A program made the position numbers and the translations under genes. From an uncultured Gammaproteobacteria bacterium (GTDB taxonomy: Bacteria; Patescibacteriota; Microgenomatia; UBA8517): 64,000 nt of DNA. The DNA lies in contig CAYRUS010000001.1 in assembly GCA_964427735.1 (NCBI GenBank), positions 162,173 to 226,172 of the forward strand, given 5' to 3'. Positions 49,554 to 59,421 of this stretch are shown piece after piece. The notes beneath the pieces are model-generated. The model ran no database searches. It saw nothing but the letters and a program-made list of their open reading frames with translations, and was not told the DNA's origin. Position 1 is the first letter of the stretch. Each line of letters opens with the position of its first letter.

Positions 49554-50447
49554 TTAATTTCTAGATAATAATGCTTCATCTGATAATTTTGATTCTCTTT
49601 TTTCTATCCTCCTCCTTTTCCAAATAACAGGTAACTTTGGCAAAGCTAAAAGAACTACTTTTATATATCCGGGGTGCCTTATTAGCCTATTTGCTAGTCC
49701 TTTTAGATGTTTCCTCATGATATTTGCACTTGTGATGTTTTTCCAATTAAACAGCAAGTGATTTCTTTCTTTTGTTAATGAAAGTTTTGCTTTTCTGAAA
49801 TTTTTTTCATTTATTGAAGATTCGTGTACATGGGTAACCTTGGCTTTAGGATCCCAAAGTATTTTGTATCCTCTTTTTAACGCTCTGTAAGACAAATCAA
49901 CATCTTCCCAGTAAAAAGGTTTGTATACTTCGTCATCAAACCCTTTTAATTTTTGCCATGTAGATTTTCTAAACACGGCGCTTCCTCCACTAGCCCAAAA
50001 TGATTCAACCCTCTCTTTAGATTTTTTTTGAGGCTCATGTATAATAAACCCATTCTCAAATTTTCCAGCAGAAGGACCATATTCTTGTTCGTTTAAAGAA
50101 ACTGCAAAAACTAAATTATTTGCAAAATGTTTAGTGATGCCTTTAAGGAAATCAGGGCATGGATTTACATCCTGATTTAAAACACACACTAAATCTCCTT
50201 TTGATTTTCTCACTCCTTCGTTTACTGTATAAGAAAAACCTTTATTTTGATTATTTGTAATAAGGATAACATCGTCCTTATAATTCTTTTTAATAAAAGT
50301 AGCAGAATCATCTGAAGATCCATCATCCACTAGAATAATTTCATCTATTTTATTTGATTTATTTTTCTTTGCTTTTATTAAATTTGGAAGATTTTTCTCC
50401 AAATGTTCTCTACCATTCCATACCGGAATAACTACTGATATTTTCAT
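49554..50447 (-). CDS. Glycosyltransferase family 2
   Basis: ISVVIPVWNGREHL ... IILVDDGSSDDS ... VLNQDV. Confidence 0.8.
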   Translation of the reverse strand: MKISVVIPVWNGREHLEKNLPNLIKAKKNKSNKIDEIILVDDGSSDDSATFIKKNYKDDVILITNNQNKGFSYTVNEGVRKSKGDLVCVLNQDVNPCPDFLKGITKHFANNLVFAVSLNEQEYGPSAGKFENGFIIHEPQKKSKERVESFWASGGSAVFRKSTWQKLKGFDDEVYKPFYWEDVDLSYRALKRGYKILWDPKAKVTHVHESSINEKNFRKAKLSLTKERNHLLFNWKNITSANIMRKHLKGLANRLIRHPGYIKVVLLALPKLPVIWKRRRIEKRESKLSDEALLSRN

Positions 50448-51469
50448 TTTGATATTTGTTTTACTTCTGCCTCGAATCTTTTATATTCATAAATCTTACT
50501 ACTTTCAACAGCTGATTCTATAATCTTTTCAACACTTAACTTTTTATTTATTATTTCCATAGTTTTATTAAACAAATCGTTCTTTTTCTTCCATAAAAAC
50601 CCATTTTCACCATCCGCTATTATTTCCTTATAGCCACCTGCACTATATACAACAGGTATAACACTTGCAGACATTGCTTCTACAACAGTTATTCCAAAAT
50701 GTTCAACTTTTTTTGGCTTCTTTTCTTCATTTATCTTGTAGCCTGCTGCAGACCAAAATATTTTTGCTTTTCCATATAAATCTTTTATTTGCTCAAAGTC
50801 AGGACTTTCTATAAATTCTATTGGATATTTACCTGCAACAACTTTAAGTTCCTCTAAATACTTCTTTGACCCTACTTCAGTTCCTCCTGCTAAGACAAGC
50901 CTCCAATCTTTTACCCCTAAATCTACTAATTTTTTGAATACATCTATCAATACATCCTGTCTTTTTTCTTGAGTAAGCCTTGAAAATCTACCAACATAAA
51001 GAATCAGGTTTTGCTTTCTTTTCTTTTTAAATTTATCAACATCAACCGGAGGATAAATAACTTCAGAATCAACTCCATATTCCTTGTCTATGAATCTTTT
51101 TGTAAAAAATGAATTACATACAACATGATTGATTCTAAACAGTTTCATTTTGTTAAACAAAGTCTTACCTTTAACATTTGTAAAGGGGAACTGAAAATGA
51201 AGAATATTATTTCTTGCCTTAAGCATTGGTATAGAACCATCACTCAACCAAAAACAAAGATCATAGCCATCTCCTCTGTTTATGCTTTCTATAAAATTCA
51301 ATCCTCTGAACTTTATCCCAAACCTTTTTTCAATTTTCTCACTAATATCAGTTTTCCACTCAATATCAACATCATAACCACAATCAGCCAATGCTTTTGC
51401 GAAGCATGCTGTGTAACGCTCACCACCACCCAAAGTGTCCCAGTATGGATTATATATTGCTGCTTTCAT
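50444..51469 (-). CDS. Glycosyltransferase family 4
   Basis: MKAAIYNPYWDTLGGGERY and EHFGITVVEAMSASVIPVVYSAGGYKEII. Same subtype as 21720..23267. Confidence 0.75.
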   Translation of the reverse strand: MKAAIYNPYWDTLGGGERYTACFAKALADCGYDVDIEWKTDISEKIEKRFGIKFRGLNFIESINRGDGYDLCFWLSDGSIPMLKARNNILHFQFPFTNVKGKTLFNKMKLFRINHVVCNSFFTKRFIDKEYGVDSEVIYPPVDVDKFKKKRKQNLILYVGRFSRLTQEKRQDVLIDVFKKLVDLGVKDWRLVLAGGTEVGSKKYLEELKVVAGKYPIEFIESPDFEQIKDLYGKAKIFWSAAGYKINEEKKPKKVEHFGITVVEAMSASVIPVVYSAGGYKEIIADGENGFLWKKKNDLFNKTMEIINKKLSVEKIIESAVESSKIYEYKRFEAEVKQISK

Positions 51470-51482
51470 AGACTTAATTTAG

Positions 51483-52244
51483 TTATTGCTTGTGTTGCAT
51501 CTCCCAGAGCTTTGCATATGACATAAATCTACTCCAAGATTGATATAAGCCATATATTATACCCTCTGCTCCATCTTTGTACCCTTTTAGTTTTATGATT
51601 CTATAGTAAGCTTCAGTAAAAATTATTCTCAAAAATCTCCACCATACCATTTTTGGATGATTACTTTTTAAAAGAAGCTCTGCTTCTATATTTGACCACT
51701 CGTTTGTTTTTTCAATCATTTCACTTATATTGTCGTGTTTTATATGTATTAAGGGCTGTTTTAAGTGCCCTAGTTCGCCATTAATTACTGGTTCTTCATG
51801 AAGCTTCCCTTCCCATTTTATTAAACTATCTTTTTTGTAAAATCTTTTAACATAATCCGGCCACCAACCTCCATGCTTCATTTCTTTACCTAAGATAAAG
51901 TTTCGTCTAGGTATGGCATATGCTGAGTACGGAACATTCTCACTTAATGATTTTATTTCTTGTTTTAGTAGGGGAGTGATACGTTCATCTGCGTCTAAAT
52001 AAAATATCCAATCACTCTTTGCTTCTTTCAATCCTTTGTTCCTCCAATCAGAAAAGCCACCCTTTGGATAGTCATAGATTTTTGCTTTATATTCTTTAGC
52101 AATTTTTTTTGTATTATCTACAGAACCAGTATCAACCACAATAATCTCACTAGCAAACCCGTCTAATGACTCTAAACACTCTCTTAGTTTATTTTCTTCA
52201 TTTTTAGTGATTATGATTACAGATATCTTTTTTTCATTTTTCAT
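51483..52244 (-). CDS. Glycosyltransferase family 2 (WPDY C-terminal subfamily)
   Basis: ISVIIITKNEENKL ... IIVVDTGSVDNT ... YLDADERI ... GKEMKHGGWWPDYVKRFYKK. Confidence 0.8.
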   Translation of the reverse strand: MKNEKKISVIIITKNEENKLRECLESLDGFASEIIVVDTGSVDNTKKIAKEYKAKIYDYPKGGFSDWRNKGLKEAKSDWIFYLDADERITPLLKQEIKSLSENVPYSAYAIPRRNFILGKEMKHGGWWPDYVKRFYKKDSLIKWEGKLHEEPVINGELGHLKQPLIHIKHDNISEMIEKTNEWSNIEAELLLKSNHPKMVWWRFLRIIFTEAYYRIIKLKGYKDGAEGIIYGLYQSWSRFMSYAKLWEMQHKQ

Positions 52245-53163
52245 TTACCCAACTCCCCTTGCCAAATTTACCTCGATAATAATCTTTTATTCCCTTTTTT
52301 TGCCACTTTCTACCTTTAATCAAAAAACGAATACTTTCTTTAAATAATGCAAATTTTGTTCTTAGAGTGGCATACTGTATACCAAACAACATTCGATTTC
52401 TACTAATAAAGTAGTCATTTAAATCACTTCCTATTCCTGAGCTTTGTGCCACTTTGTGCCAAACAACCGCATTCGGAACAAAAATAATATCTTTATCTAA
52501 GTTTTTAACACGCACAGAAAGATCTGCGTCTTCATAGTACATAAAATACCTTTCATCAAAATATCCAATCTGCCTAAAAATATCTGAGTGTACAAACATC
52601 GCTGCTCCGGTCGCAAAATCAACCGCAGTCATATCGTTATACTGACCATTATCTACTTCATCTACACCTCTATTTATTCCATAGACATTACTCCAATCAA
52701 TTACTCCTCCAGCAGACCAAATCACACGTCCTATTTCATTTTCTTTGTATCTATCCTTGTGGAATTCAAAACCAGGAGCAAAATATATCTTAGGAGTTAA
52801 AATACCTGCATTTGGATTAGCTTCTGCAGCTGATATTAAGTTTGTTATTGCTTTCTTTTCTATAACAGCATCATTATTTAATATGAATACATAATCTGCC
52901 TCATTCTCTACAGCATAATTTATTCCAACATTATTGCCTGCAGCAAATCCTAAGTTTTCGTCATTTTCTATAAGCCTAATATCTAAATCCCTGTTTCTTT
53001 CTATGTATTGCCTAATTGTGTCTTTTGACTCTTTTCTAGAATTATTATCAACAACTACTGCTGTTAACATAAAATCTTTCAGAGGTATTTCTTTTATACC
53101 TTTGAGACAGTCTACGGTATCGGCTTCCCGATTCCAGTTTAAAATTACTACGAAGACGTGCAT
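52234..53163 (-). CDS. Glycosyltransferase family 2
   Basis: VFVVILNWNREADT ... AVVVDNNSRKES ... ILNNDAVI. Confidence 0.75.
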   Translation of the reverse strand: MHVFVVILNWNREADTVDCLKGIKEIPLKDFMLTAVVVDNNSRKESKDTIRQYIERNRDLDIRLIENDENLGFAAGNNVGINYAVENEADYVFILNNDAVIEKKAITNLISAAEANPNAGILTPKIYFAPGFEFHKDRYKENEIGRVIWSAGGVIDWSNVYGINRGVDEVDNGQYNDMTAVDFATGAAMFVHSDIFRQIGYFDERYFMYYEDADLSVRVKNLDKDIIFVPNAVVWHKVAQSSGIGSDLNDYFISRNRMLFGIQYATLRTKFALFKESIRFLIKGRKWQKKGIKDYYRGKFGKGSWVNEK

Positions 53164-53221
53164 GATATAAAGTGTAAAGGTTACAAATTAAAATTTAATA
53201 ATAAGTAGATCATAATTGTAG

Positions 53222-54121
53222 TTAACTCAGCTTATATTTCCTTTTTATTCTATTTATTGTACCTCCTTTTTCTTTTAAAAGTGTATCTGCATACCAATAA
53301 TTTGCATCCTTTTGAACCTTTTTCAATTCAGTAATAACCTCATTCAGTTCAATATCTTTTTGTTTTAAACCTTGGAGTTCCCAAATCTTAATATATTTTG
53401 TTGCTTCAGAAATCATCTGAAATAAAGCTAAAACTAACCCATAAACTCCATCTTTATATCCTTTACCAAAAAAATACCTACTGAAAAACTCTTGGGCAGG
53501 TTTAGTTACTAAATCTTGCCATTTAAATAGATACCCCTCATAAACTAAGTCTTTTGCCTGATGATTTGTGTATCTATCCATTCTATTTATAAACTGAGAG
53601 ATGGAGTTGTAATGGTAATGAACAATAGCTAAGTCTTCTTTTGCCTCTATATCCCCACCTTGACCTATTGTCTCTGGGACAGAATGAATAACATGACTCC
53701 AGTTAACATTACCTTTTTTGAAAAAACGAATATTGTAATCTGGCCACCAGCGGGAATGCTTTATCCATTTTCCAAAAATTATATTCTTTCGCGGCAATGC
53801 CCAATAATCTTTTGCACCCTCATCTGCAATCTGGCGAAGCTTTTTTGATAGTTTTATAGGTATTCTTTCATCAGCATCTAAAATTAATATCCAATCTCCT
53901 TTTGATTTTTCTATGGCAAAATTCCTAGCAGGCTCTACATATCCCATTCGTTTGTGCATATATACTGATGCTCCCTTTTTTTCTGCAATCTTGGTAGTTT
54001 TATCATCTGAGTGCATATCAACAACTACTATTTCATCCGCTAGCTTTTTTACGGAATCAATAGCATCTGCGATATTATCTTCTTCGTTCAAAGTGTTTAT
54101 AACTACTGAAATTTTAGCCAT
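53222..54121 (-). CDS. Glycosyltransferase family 2 (paralog of 16039..17022)
   Basis: ISVVINTLNEEDNI ... IVVVDMHSDDKT ... YVEPARN ... ILDADERI ... NIIFGKWIKHSRWWPDYNIRFFKKG. Confidence 0.8.
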   Translation of the reverse strand: MAKISVVINTLNEEDNIADAIDSVKKLADEIVVVDMHSDDKTTKIAEKKGASVYMHKRMGYVEPARNFAIEKSKGDWILILDADERIPIKLSKKLRQIADEGAKDYWALPRKNIIFGKWIKHSRWWPDYNIRFFKKGNVNWSHVIHSVPETIGQGGDIEAKEDLAIVHYHYNSISQFINRMDRYTNHQAKDLVYEGYLFKWQDLVTKPAQEFFSRYFFGKGYKDGVYGLVLALFQMISEATKYIKIWELQGLKQKDIELNEVITELKKVQKDANYWYADTLLKEKGGTINRIKRKYKLS

Positions 54122-54124
54122 GAT

Positions 54125-54622
54125 TTATTGTACACTACTCATAGAATTTATGACCTTCTGCAATTCATCATATACATTTTCAGAAGTTAGGTTAGTAGTA
54201 TCAATGGAAAAATCAACTTGTTTTTTCTGATATGCTTTTGCAAGAATATCCTTATAAAGTAAATAATTCCTTTTGAATCTATCTGCCTTTATAGAATCTC
54301 CATCTCTTTTTCTCTTCCTTTCAAGGAGGGTGTTTTCATTTGCATGCATTTCGATTATAAAAAAGTTATTATTCTTTAATATCTCAATTTGTTCCAAATC
54401 CAAAAACGAAATAACAAACAACAAATTATCTTTATCGATTATACGCCTAATTGATTCTTCGAATAGTTCATCTATTATTTCTTCTTCCTCTGGCCAAAAA
54501 TCACCATTTAATTTATAAACAAGATCATCCGCCTCTATTAGTTCTAAATTAAAAGCTTCAGCCAATTTTTTTGCTATTGTCGACTTTCCTGATCCTGTAA
54601 TTCCAAGCAAAACTATTTTCAT
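54125..54622 (-). CDS. Small P-loop NTPase, shikimate/gluconate-kinase-like fold (kinase-like; paralog of 58907..59410)
   Basis: 165 aa; Walker A LLGITGSGKST; IEADDL after beta-2; LERKRKRDGDS LID-like segment. Embedded in the GT gene run with 4-bp overlaps on both sides. Confidence 0.55.
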   Translation of the reverse strand: MKIVLLGITGSGKSTIAKKLAEAFNLELIEADDLVYKLNGDFWPEEEEIIDELFEESIRRIIDKDNLLFVISFLDLEQIEILKNNNFFIIEMHANENTLLERKRKRDGDSIKADRFKRNYLLYKDILAKAYQKKQVDFSIDTTNLTSENVYDELQKVINSMSSVQ

Positions 54623-56385
54623 AAAACTTCATAAATTATCACTTCTTCATTATCAAAAATGTTATCGATCCTAAGCGCGTTTTCATCTAGCCCAACTCCC
54701 GACCTCTTAACTAAGTAAATGTAATCTATTTCTTCATCACGCAGAAAAGCAAATCCTTCTGGAGAATTGCTGTCTTTCAAGAATTCATCTAGCTTCTCTC
54801 GTCTTTCTTGCCATGGATAGTTCATGATTGTTAAATTAACTTCATCTTCCAGATATACAGGCTTTTTTGTAAATGCTGATACATAGGCTGTAGAGTCATA
54901 CATAAACAAAGGCTTTGGTGCTTCTGCCTCGCGACCTAAGTAATTCATTCCAATAGGCTGAGCTGACAACACGATCCCCTTCGGCTCTTTTTCTAAAAAT
55001 TTTAATGCTTCAATCTCATAATTAGAAATTTTAGCCGGAGGAGTATTGGTGTAATAGTGTCTTATCGTAGTAAGAGTTGTCGGCAAGGTAAGGAGTATTG
55101 TTAAAATGGTAAAAATCTTACCAAAATTTGAGTTAATTTGGGTCAATAATTTTATAAGCTCAGGCATAGCAACCCCGGCAAGAAGACCTGAAAAAAACAA
55201 TGAATAATAAGTAAACTGAATAGTGTTCCAGGCAGTGCCACTTTGCACAAATAATATTGGGACAACTATTCCTGCTAATATTACTGTGCCAATAAACACT
55301 TCTATCCAACCTAGTTTTCTAAAATTTCTTATCCAATTAACTATAGCTAAACTACTCACTACCCTTGTTCCAAGGTTACCAAACCAAAATATTAAAAATG
55401 CGAAAATGTAAAGAATTAACGCTTTATAAATAATTCCACCCTGCCTTGTTGTAAGCATTGCCCTAGAGTACCAATCCCAATGCAACCTATCTCCATAAGT
55501 CATCAAGCCTTCTAAAAACCAAAATGGTGAATAAGATATTAATCTTCCTGAACTTGGAATAACAAAAAACATTAATATCGCCACAAATAGTGTACATCCA
55601 AAAAGATAGAGAAAAATCCTGCTTTTCTTCTTAAGCCACAAATAGATACTTGTAACAAAAAGTCCTGTCAGAACAAGCAATCCAGCATAAATTTTTATTT
55701 GGATAAGTAAACCAAATAAAATTCCAGCTATTATAATTTTTTTAAACGCTATCTTTTTGATATTTTGAATTATTAACATTCCTAACAATAAAACAACAAT
55801 AGACAAGGCAAAAGGCGGATTAACCAAGGTTGTGGCAGATGACTGAGCCCAAAACATAGAATCTCCTCCAAGCCGACCATACCGAACCAAATGTACCAAC
55901 CACCCCCAACCACCACCAAAGTAAACAAAAAAAACTGCCCAAAAAGCAGCAAGGCTTGACTTAGTCCAACTATAAACAAATTTATAAGAAAAAAGACCAA
56001 TTAAAAAAGCAAACACTGGTGGCAAAACTTGAAAGTACAAAAACCTAACAGGAATAAAAGTAATTTTATGAAGCAAAGCAACAAACACGTCAAAACCAAT
56101 ATGGTAATTTTGTAAAGTAAAACCTGATAAAACTGGTATCTCAGTGGATCCCCTTGATAAAGACTCAATTAATGCAATATGCCAGACAGCATCATGACCG
56201 TGAGCTCCCCAAAACCCCATTCCATATTTATAAATCAATCCACTTTTTATAGTTGTTAAATACCATATAAAAGTACCTATAAAAATAAGCAGCAAGGCTT
56301 TTTTGTCAACTTCTTGAAATAAATAATTTAGTACTTTTTTTAACATCTTCCTTAATAGATGAACCCACAAGAACAAGTATTGCAC
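54619..56385 (-). CDS. Large polytopic membrane protein, GHDAxWHIA family (paralog of 39876..41873)
   Basis: 588 aa; WGAHGHDAVWHIALIESLSRG and the conserved C-terminal YVSAFTKKPVYLEDEVNLTIMNYPWQERREKLDEFLKDSNSP. The start is probably the internal Met at 56346 (MLKKVLN...), which reduces the overlap with the upstream flippase gene. Confidence 0.5.
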   Translation of the reverse strand: MQYLFLWVHLLRKMLKKVLNYLFQEVDKKALLLIFIGTFIWYLTTIKSGLIYKYGMGFWGAHGHDAVWHIALIESLSRGSTEIPVLSGFTLQNYHIGFDVFVALLHKITFIPVRFLYFQVLPPVFAFLIGLFSYKFVYSWTKSSLAAFWAVFFVYFGGGWGWLVHLVRYGRLGGDSMFWAQSSATTLVNPPFALSIVVLLLGMLIIQNIKKIAFKKIIIAGILFGLLIQIKIYAGLLVLTGLFVTSIYLWLKKKSRIFLYLFGCTLFVAILMFFVIPSSGRLISYSPFWFLEGLMTYGDRLHWDWYSRAMLTTRQGGIIYKALILYIFAFLIFWFGNLGTRVVSSLAIVNWIRNFRKLGWIEVFIGTVILAGIVVPILFVQSGTAWNTIQFTYYSLFFSGLLAGVAMPELIKLLTQINSNFGKIFTILTILLTLPTTLTTIRHYYTNTPPAKISNYEIEALKFLEKEPKGIVLSAQPIGMNYLGREAEAPKPLFMYDSTAYVSAFTKKPVYLEDEVNLTIMNYPWQERREKLDEFLKDSNSPEGFAFLRDEEIDYIYLVKRSGVGLDENALRIDNIFDNEEVIIYEVL

Positions 56386-57790
56386 TCATATAAACAAACC
56401 CACCCACTATAATTAATATCCAAACTGAAGTCATTGTGTAGCTCAATTGTTCTCTCAAAAGATACGTAATTAATGTCATAACAAGTGTTGCAATCATTGG
56501 CTTTACAAATGATTTTACAAAAGAAAACTTTACATATCTTCGTACAACAATTACTGCAATTATCGAACTCACTGAAACCAAAGCATAGCCTGATGCGGCA
56601 CCGTTAACCCCATAACGCATTGCCAAAACTGGTATAAAAATCCAGGACAAAGTGGTCCACATAACCATGAGTTTAAAGGTGGTTTTGATTTTGCCGATTG
56701 CATTAAGAAGATTAGTGAGCTGTGTCGTTACTGATGCAAAAACAGTATTTATTCCAATAATGCCCAAGGCAACCAAAGCAGGCTGCCATTTTTCATATCG
56801 TGGAATTACTTCTATAAGTACAGGTGCCAAAATGAGCAATCCTGCTAGAGATGGAAAAACCAAAAATGTAATAAAGAAAATTGAACGTTCTAAACTCCTC
56901 TGCAAATGTTCTTTTTCGTCTTGCATTCTGGAAAATGCCGGGAATGTTACTTTTATTACATGATCCATAAAAAACCGCAAAGGTGCTTGCCCCCACTTTT
57001 GCGCCCATCCAAGTAAACCAAGACCACTAGAACCAAGAATACCTCCTAAAACTGCAGTCATCCCATCATCTTTGAGCGTAGCCAAAAGTGTGTTTGCCTG
57101 ATAAGGCACGCCATAAGCTAATAGTTTTTTTAGGGATTTTTTTGAAAAGGCAAAACCTGGAATCCACGGTTTAAGTGCGTACATAGAAACTAAACCTACA
57201 ACTCCTCTCAAAATCACGGCATAGGCAAAACTCAGCACTCCATATCCACTCCAGGCAAAATAAACAGCCGAAATATTGTAAACAAGGTTTTCCAATACCT
57301 GCGGTATTACCAGCTTTCCAAAATCAAGTTCACGTTCAAGTAATACTGAAGGGATTGTCTTAAGCGATGAAAGGAAAAATGAAATTCCTAATGCATATAA
57401 GAGCATTTTTCCTTCATTGCTTAAATTGTATACATCAGAAAGCACTGGGCTTGCTAAAAATAAAACTAAAATAAGTGCAATTACTAATATTTGTTGAACT
57501 GTAAAGGTGGTTTTTAAGTCTTTATCTGTAATAGATTCTTTTTTCTGAATTAATGCAGCTGCAAGTCCAACATCACTAAAATATGCTAAAAAGTTCACTA
57601 CAGCAGACACAATCCAAAATACACCAAATTCATCAGGCTCTAAGAATACTGTCAAAAATCCTGTTGCTACAAGTGATAGAACCGAGAGCAAAAAAGTTCT
57701 TCCAGTAAGAATAACAACACCTCTTACAGCACGCTTTTTTACATTTTCAAGAGTGATTTCTGAAGTTGGGTCTAGATGTTCATCTTCCAC
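56306..57790 (-). CDS. Wzx-type oligosaccharide flippase (MOP superfamily), second copy
   Basis: 494 aa with about 12-14 TM segments; N-terminal KKRAVRGVVILTGRTFLLSVLSLVATGFLTVFLEPDEFGVFWIVSAVVNFLAYFSDVGLAAALIQ, the classic polysaccharide-biosynthesis-protein signature. Confidence 0.75.
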   Translation of the reverse strand: MEDEHLDPTSEITLENVKKRAVRGVVILTGRTFLLSVLSLVATGFLTVFLEPDEFGVFWIVSAVVNFLAYFSDVGLAAALIQKKESITDKDLKTTFTVQQILVIALILVLFLASPVLSDVYNLSNEGKMLLYALGISFFLSSLKTIPSVLLERELDFGKLVIPQVLENLVYNISAVYFAWSGYGVLSFAYAVILRGVVGLVSMYALKPWIPGFAFSKKSLKKLLAYGVPYQANTLLATLKDDGMTAVLGGILGSSGLGLLGWAQKWGQAPLRFFMDHVIKVTFPAFSRMQDEKEHLQRSLERSIFFITFLVFPSLAGLLILAPVLIEVIPRYEKWQPALVALGIIGINTVFASVTTQLTNLLNAIGKIKTTFKLMVMWTTLSWIFIPVLAMRYGVNGAASGYALVSVSSIIAVIVVRRYVKFSFVKSFVKPMIATLVMTLITYLLREQLSYTMTSVWILIIVGGFVYMSAILVLVGSSIKEDVKKSTKLFISRS

Positions 57791-57835
57791 AGATTAAGTT
57801 TAGCAAAATAGGTAGTTTATTAATACCTTTTCAGA

Positions 57836-58102
57836 CTAAATTGAAGCTGCTTTTTTCTCTACTTTTGTAAGTCTGTTGTCCAACCCATCATATTCCTCAC
57901 GAGTCGGTGCATCATCTTCTAAATAGGCAAGATGTCTACCTTGCTTGTCTAACCTATCTTTTACTTCTTTAAATCTCTTGTCCATTTTCATTTCAATTTG
58001 ATCAAATCTTTTATCGACCTCATCAAATCTTTTTTCAAACTCCTGTCTCATAGCACTCTGACCGTTAATTACTGCTCTAATCATTTCCTTCACTTCATCC
58101 AT
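57836..58102 (-). CDS. Small coiled-coil protein with internal KRFxEV repeats (hypothetical)
   Basis: 88 aa, highly charged. KRFDEVDKRFDQIEMKMDKRFKEVKDRLDK contains three KRF-repeats. Confidence 0.4.
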   Translation of the reverse strand: MDEVKEMIRAVINGQSAMRQEFEKRFDEVDKRFDQIEMKMDKRFKEVKDRLDKQGRHLAYLEDDAPTREEYDGLDNRLTKVEKKAASI

Positions 58103-58132
58103 ATATTAAGTATACACTTAAGAACCAAGCCT

Positions 58133-58561
58133 TCAATCACTATCCTGTAAGAAATACTCTGCATCCGGAGTCAATTCAAAACCCTCTATATCTTCAATTG
58201 AAATCCACTTAAATTCATCGTGCTCCCAGTTTAGTCTAACTTCACCTGTCTTTAAGCTTGCTTTAATTCCAATTATAACTGCAGAGTCTGTCTTGCCCTT
58301 GACATGAGTTTTTACTGAAAAAGGCTTAAGGTTTTCTATTCCTAATCCAGTTTCCTCATCTATCTCACGCCTTGCAGCATCCAGCACATCTTCTCCATAT
58401 TCCACAGCACCACCTGGCAACGACCAAAGTCCTCCACCACCTGCTTTATCACTTCTTTTAAGAATCAATACCTTACCTTTTTCGTTTTCAATTAGCACCT
58501 TAACACCAACCAAAAAATAGTAATTTATCTTTTTATAATTTGGATCATAATCTCCACTCAT
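58133..58561 (-). CDS. NUDIX hydrolase (possibly nucleotide-sugar hydrolase, Gmm/NudD-like)
   Basis: Nudix box GGAVEYGEDVLDAARREIDEETGL (GX5EX7REUXEEXGU); 142 aa. Confidence 0.8.
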   Translation of the reverse strand: MSGDYDPNYKKINYYFLVGVKVLIENEKGKVLILKRSDKAGGGGLWSLPGGAVEYGEDVLDAARREIDEETGLGIENLKPFSVKTHVKGKTDSAVIIGIKASLKTGEVRLNWEHDEFKWISIEDIEGFELTPDAEYFLQDSD

Positions 58562-58725
58562 GTTTATTTTTTGTATAAATTAATAATTTCATTCTACTTC
58601 ACTTGTCTACAGTAATAAAATAATTACTAAGAAAAGAACAACAACGTCCAGTTCTTGAGGAAGCTAGGAGTTTCAGTGTTAATCTTGATGAATTCTACCA
58701 AGAAAGACAAGCTCCACGCGATATC

Positions 58726-58902
58726 ATGCTAGTGTTAAAACCTAGTGGGAGCACATTTATATTAGAAAGCCAAGGATCTTATTTGCAAGACATTGCAGAT
58801 CCAGACGAAAAGAAAAGAAAATTGTTCGATTATAGAAGAGAGATGAATGAATTTGCAGCATTTCTAAAATACAAATTTTTCAATCAAACTAATTATATTT
58901 AG
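58726..58902 (+). CDS. Orphan small ORF (58 aa) on the opposite strand inside a 345-bp gap; possible small protein or gene remnant
   Basis: Non-repetitive, protein-like translation MLVLKPSGSTFILESQGSYLQDIADPDEKKRKLFDYRREMNEFAAFLKYKFFNQTNYI. The same frame is open for a further 34 codons upstream (from 58624) but has no ATG/GTG/TTG there. Local GC is higher than the flanks. Confidence 0.2.
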   Translation: MLVLKPSGSTFILESQGSYLQDIADPDEKKRKLFDYRREMNEFAAFLKYKFFNQTNYI

Positions 58903-58906
58903 TAAT

Positions 58907-59410
58907 TTAATTAAATCGTTTAAATAATTCTTTAGGCTGTACTGTCCCGTCAATTATTTCAATCCTCAATTTTTTAGCTTTATTCTCCATTCGTCTTGCG
59001 TATTTTATTATTTCATTTTTTTGTAATTCTGTATTTCCCATGGGGTTATCTCTATCAAGGCTACTTAATCTCTCGAGAAGGATGTCTCCCGGTACTGATA
59101 AGTAATAAACCTTGTCAAATTGCGAGAGTATTTCAAACACATTATCAGATAATCCAAACAAATATATTGTCTTATTTGAATCCAAAAACCTTTTTAAAAA
59201 GCTTTTATCCCACATAAATTTGTGGCTATCTAAAAATTCCTTACCAGCATTTTGAGGAAAAGTTACTTTATTACCTTTAGAATCAAACCACGAACTTAAT
59301 CCATCTACTAAATCCGCATCAAATACATTCAAGCCAAGTTTTTTTAAATGTTTAGCAAAGTAAGATTTACCTGAACCGGAAGGTCCAATTACAAGTACTT
59401 TTTTGTTCAT
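58907..59410 (-). CDS. Small P-loop NTPase, kinase-like (paralog of 54125..54622)
   Basis: 167 aa; Walker A VLVIGPSGSGKSY; VFDADLV; LLERLSSLDRDNPMGN LID-like segment. Confidence 0.55.
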   Translation of the reverse strand: MNKKVLVIGPSGSGKSYFAKHLKKLGLNVFDADLVDGLSSWFDSKGNKVTFPQNAGKEFLDSHKFMWDKSFLKRFLDSNKTIYLFGLSDNVFEILSQFDKVYYLSVPGDILLERLSSLDRDNPMGNTELQKNEIIKYARRMENKAKKLRIEIIDGTVQPKELFKRFN

Positions 59411-59421
59411 TGCAAATATTA

